Source: Escherichia coli
GTDB taxonomy: Bacteria; Pseudomonadota; Gammaproteobacteria; Enterobacterales; Enterobacteriaceae
Direction: 5' to 3' (one strand)
Assembly: GCF_050320075.1 (NCBI RefSeq)
Contig: NZ_CP190018.1
Length of the DNA: 64,000 nt
Both the position numbers and the translations under genes were made by a program. Below, in pieces: positions 61,095 to 64,000 of this stretch (its first letter is position 1; the number at the start of each line of letters is the position of its first letter). The notes beneath the pieces are model-generated. The model saw only the letters and a program-made list of their open reading frames with translations. It was not told the DNA's origin and searched no databases.

Positions 61095-61128
61095 AAACGC
61101 CTCTGTCAGAAATGATGGGGGCGTTTTT
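61095..61128 (+). terminator. putative terminator after cysH
   Basis: AAACGCC...GGCGTTT stem with TTTTT run; loop is long, so only moderate support. Confidence 0.4.
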
Positions 61129-61341
61129 ATTTTGCGAGCAGCATTCCTGATTTTAAACGTGAACGCCGCTGGAAGAATTATCAGGTATAGAATGGCGTTG
61201 GGTGCTTGAGGCTGTCTGGCGTTAAGCATTCGCGAGGTTCCAGATGGACAAAAGCCCCAGGCGATATTTCTATCAACCTGAGGCCAGCGTTCGAACCTAA
61301 GCAATTCGAATGTTAGTCTCTTCTTTGCAGGGAGGCAAGAC

Positions 61342-61494
61342 ATGCTGACAAAATATGCCCTTGTGGCAATCATCGTACTGTGTTGTACAGTACTGGGATT
61401 CACGCTGATGGTAGGCGACTCGTTGTGTGAGTTGAGTATCAGAGAACGTGGTATGGAGTTTAAGGCAGTTCTCGCTTACGAATCGAAGAAGTAG
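61342..61494 (+). CDS. Hok-family type I toxin (50 aa, HokE/HokX-like)
   Basis: ATG 61342 preceded by GGGAGG; product [50 protein letters not shown] has one TM helix and the conserved Hok C-terminal region; below the ORF-track size cutoff. Confidence 0.8.
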   Translation: MLTKYALVAIIVLCCTVLGFTLMVGDSLCELSIRERGMEFKAVLAYESKK

Positions 61495-61688
61495 CCACCA
61501 CGCGGGGGTAAAACCCCGCGTATTGAATTGTGATGGTTTGGTCTCCTGCACCCTTTTTTAATTTATATTGTTTATGTGAATATTATGCCTATGTTTATTA
61601 TTCATATATATTACGGATGAAAATTATTTGATTATTCATAATGTAAATATTTTATTGAACGATATATATCACAGATAATTTTTAATAT
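61495..61688 (+). promoter_or_regulatory. AT-rich cas3 upstream region
   Basis: About 190 bp of more than 75 percent A+T immediately upstream of cas3; expected H-NS-silenced promoter from established knowledge of I-E cas loci. Confidence 0.4.
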
Positions 61689-64000
61689 ATGCGTAAATAT
61701 CCTTTAAGTTTACTGAAGGATAAAAATATTGTGACTTTTTTTGATTTCTGGGGAAAAACCCGACGCGGCGAGAAAGACGGGGGCGACGACTATCACCTTC
61801 TTTGCTGGCATTCGCTGGATGTAGCCGCGATGGGCTATTTAATGGTTAAAAGCAATTGCTTCGGGCTGACTGACTATTTTCGTCAACTAGGTTTCGCTGA
61901 TACGGAGCAGGCAGCACAATTTTTCGCCTGGCTATTGTGCTGGCACGATACTGGAAAATTTGCCCGCTCTTTTCAGCAACTTTACCTGCACCCACAACTC
62001 AAGGTTCCGGAAGGCGCAAGAAAGAATTACGAAAAGATCTCTCATTCAACGCTGGGCTACTGGCTGTGGCATCATTATTTAAGTGAATACGAAGAATTGC
62101 TTCCTTCATCTTCACTCTCTCCGCGCAAACTTAAACGGGTGATGGAGATGTGGATGCCCATGACTACCGGGCATCATGGTCGGCCCCCTGACCGTATTGA
62201 TGAACTGGATAATTTTCTGCCTGAAGACAAAGCTGCCGCACGAGATTTTCTCCTTGAAATCAAGGTACTGTTTCCGCTCATCGAGATCCCCGCATTCTGG
62301 GATGATGACGAGGGCATTGAACTTTTAAAACAACTTTCCTGGTATATCTCTGCAACCGTCGTACTCGCAGACTGGACGGGATCGTCAACGCGGTTTTTTC
62401 CACGCGTTGCACAGGCAATGGATATTAAAGATTACTGGCAGAAGGCTTTAGTTCAGGCTCAAAACGCCTTAACCGTCTTTCCTCCAAAAGCACAAACCGC
62501 GCCTTTCACCGGAATTAATACGCTGTTTCCTTTTATTGAGCACCCGACACCGTTACAGCAAAAGGTGCTGGATCTGGATATCAGCCAGCCTGGGCCACAG
62601 TTATTTATTCTGGAGGATGTGACTGGCGCAGGTAAAACAGAAGCGGCGCTTATCCTGGCCCACAGGTTGATGGCTGCGGGGAAAGCACAGGGTTTGTTTT
62701 TTGGCCTGCCAACAATGGCAACGGCCAATGCCATGTACGATCGGCTGGTAAAAACCTGGCTTGCTTTCTATTCGCCAGAATCCCGCCCCAGCCTGGTGCT
62801 GGCACACAGTGCCCGCACATTAATGGACCGCTTTAATGAATCACTCTGGTCCGGTGATTTAGTCGGGTCAGAAGAACCGGATGAACAAGCGTTCAGTCAG
62901 GGATGTGCGGCCTGGTTTGCCGACAGTAACAAGAAGGCGTTGCTGGCTGAAATTGGCGTCGGCACGCTGGATCAGGCGATGATGGCGGTGATGCCGTTTA
63001 AACATAATAATCTGCGGCTTCTGGGACTGAGTAACAAAATCCTGCTGGCTGATGAGATCCATGCCTGTGACGCTTACATGTCGTGCATTCTTGAAGGATT
63101 GATTGAGCGGCAGGCGCGTGGAGGAAACAGCGTTATTTTGCTTTCTGCCACGTTATCTCAACAGCAGCGCGACAAACTCGTTGCTGCCTTTGCGCGTGGT
63201 GCAGAGGGCCAGCAAGAAGCTCCGTTCCTGGAAAAGGATGATTACCCCTGGCTGACGCACGTTACGAAATCGGATGTGCATTCACACCGGGTAGCAACGC
63301 GCAAAGACGTTGAGCGTAGCGTGAGCGTGGGTTGGCTTCATAGCGAACAAGAATGTATTGCGCGTATCGAATCGGCAGTAAGTCAGGGGAAATGCATCGC
63401 CTGGATCCGGAATTCTGTCGATGACGCTATTAAGGTTTATCGTCAGTTGCTTGCCCGCGGCGTCATTCCTGCTTCCAGCCTTTCTCTGTTTCATAGCCGC
63501 TTTGCTTTTAGCGATCGCCAGCGAATTGAAACGGAAACGCTGGCACGCTTCGGTAAAAGTTGTAGTTTACAGAGATCATCGCAAGTCATTGTTTGTACAC
63601 AAGTAATTGAACAAAGTGTGGATATTGACCTGGACGAAATGATATCCGACCTGGCCCCTGTTGATTTGCTGATCCAACGGGCGGGGCGATTACAGCGGCA
63701 TATCCGCGATATTAATGGTCAGTTAAAGCGTGACGGAAAAGACGAGCGTTCCCCTCCTGAATTGCTGATTCTGGCCCCCGTCTGGGACGACGCTCCAGGT
63801 GACGAATGGTTCGGCAGTGCCATGCGTAACAGTGCATATGTCTATCCCGATCATGGACGAATCTGGCTGACGCAGCGTGTACTGCGTGAGCAAGGCGCGA
63901 TTCAAATGCCACACGCAGCCCGCCTTCTTATTGAATCAGTCTACGGTGAGGACGTGGTAATGCCGGAAGGATTTGCCCGCAGCGAGCAGGAACAAGTGGG
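61689..64000 (+). CDS. cas3: type I-E Cas3 (HD nuclease plus DExH helicase), 3' end outside window
   Basis: Frame open from ATG 61689 (alternative GTG 61731 with AGGA upstream) to the window end; HD-domain motifs (HLLCWHSLDVAAMG, LLCWHDTGKF), Walker A GAGKTEAA, DExH-like LADEIHACD. Confidence 0.9.
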   Translation, partial: MRKYPLSLLKDKNIVTFFDFWGKTRRGEKDGGDDYHLLCWHSLDVAAMGYLMVKSNCFGLTDYFRQLGFADTEQAAQFFAWLLCWHDTGKFARSFQQLYLHPQLKVPEGARKNYEKISHSTLGYWLWHHYLSEYEELLPSSSLSPRKLKRVMEMWMPMTTGHHGRPPDRIDELDNFLPEDKAAARDFLLEIKVLFPLIEIPAFWDDDEGIELLKQLSWYISATVVLADWTGSSTRFFPRVAQAMDIKDYWQKALVQAQNALTVFPPKAQTAPFTGINTLFPFIEHPTPLQQKVLDLDISQPGPQLFILEDVTGAGKTEAALILAHRLMAAGKAQGLFFGLPTMATANAMYDRLVKTWLAFYSPESRPSLVLAHSARTLMDRFNESLWSGDLVGSEEPDEQAFSQGCAAWFADSNKKALLAEIGVGTLDQAMMAVMPFKHNNLRLLGLSNKILLADEIHACDAYMSCILEGLIERQARGGNSVILLSATLSQQQRDKLVAAFARGAEGQQEAPFLEKDDYPWLTHVTKSDVHSHRVATRKDVERSVSVGWLHSEQECIARIESAVSQGKCIAWIRNSVDDAIKVYRQLLARGVIPASSLSLFHSRFAFSDRQRIETETLARFGKSCSLQRSSQVIVCTQVIEQSVDIDLDEMISDLAPVDLLIQRAGRLQRHIRDINGQLKRDGKDERSPPELLILAPVWDDAPGDEWFGSAMRNSAYVYPDHGRIWLTQRVLREQGAIQMPHAARLLIESVYGEDVVMPEGFARSEQEQV

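Noticed and set aside
61689-64000. Assuming cas3 is identical to K-12 ygcB
   Set aside because: The N-terminal sequence does not match my recollection of K-12 Cas3 beyond shared motifs, so I report it as a divergent I-E Cas3 rather than K-12 ygcB.

Overview
This 64-kb window is an Escherichia coli-type chromosomal segment whose gene order matches the K-12 mltA-to-cas3 region (read inverted), but it is not K-12 itself. Strain-specific content: a 21-repeat / 20-spacer type I-E CRISPR array plus a remnant mini-array, a cas3 that is divergent from the K-12 protein as I recall it, a 1432-bp IS1397-like IS3-family element inserted in a REP, and an intact hok-family toxin ORF. Conserved content, in order: mltA 3' end, tcdA-csdE-csdA, ygdI, sRNA gcvB and gcvA, ygdD-rlmM, the L-fucose regulon (fucRUKIP and fucAO), xni, sdaCB, ppnN, queF, syd, sRNA csrB, yqcC-truC-yqcA, gudPXD, barA, rlmD, relA-mazEFG, pyrG-eno, ygcG, queE, the CRISPR arrays, the ygc cluster (ygcE-yqcE, ygcWUSRQ, ygcPON-queD), cysJIH, the hok locus and the first 2.3 kb of cas3. 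I do not see evidence for a wholly new defence system. The least-explained biology is the ygc cluster, where the divergent yqcE and ygcW leaders each carry an intrinsic-terminator-like hairpin, close to a gene for a GlpP-like antiterminator. All identifications rest on reading the translations and sequence by eye; no database search was run, and coordinates of small RNAs and hairpins are approximate to a few bases.
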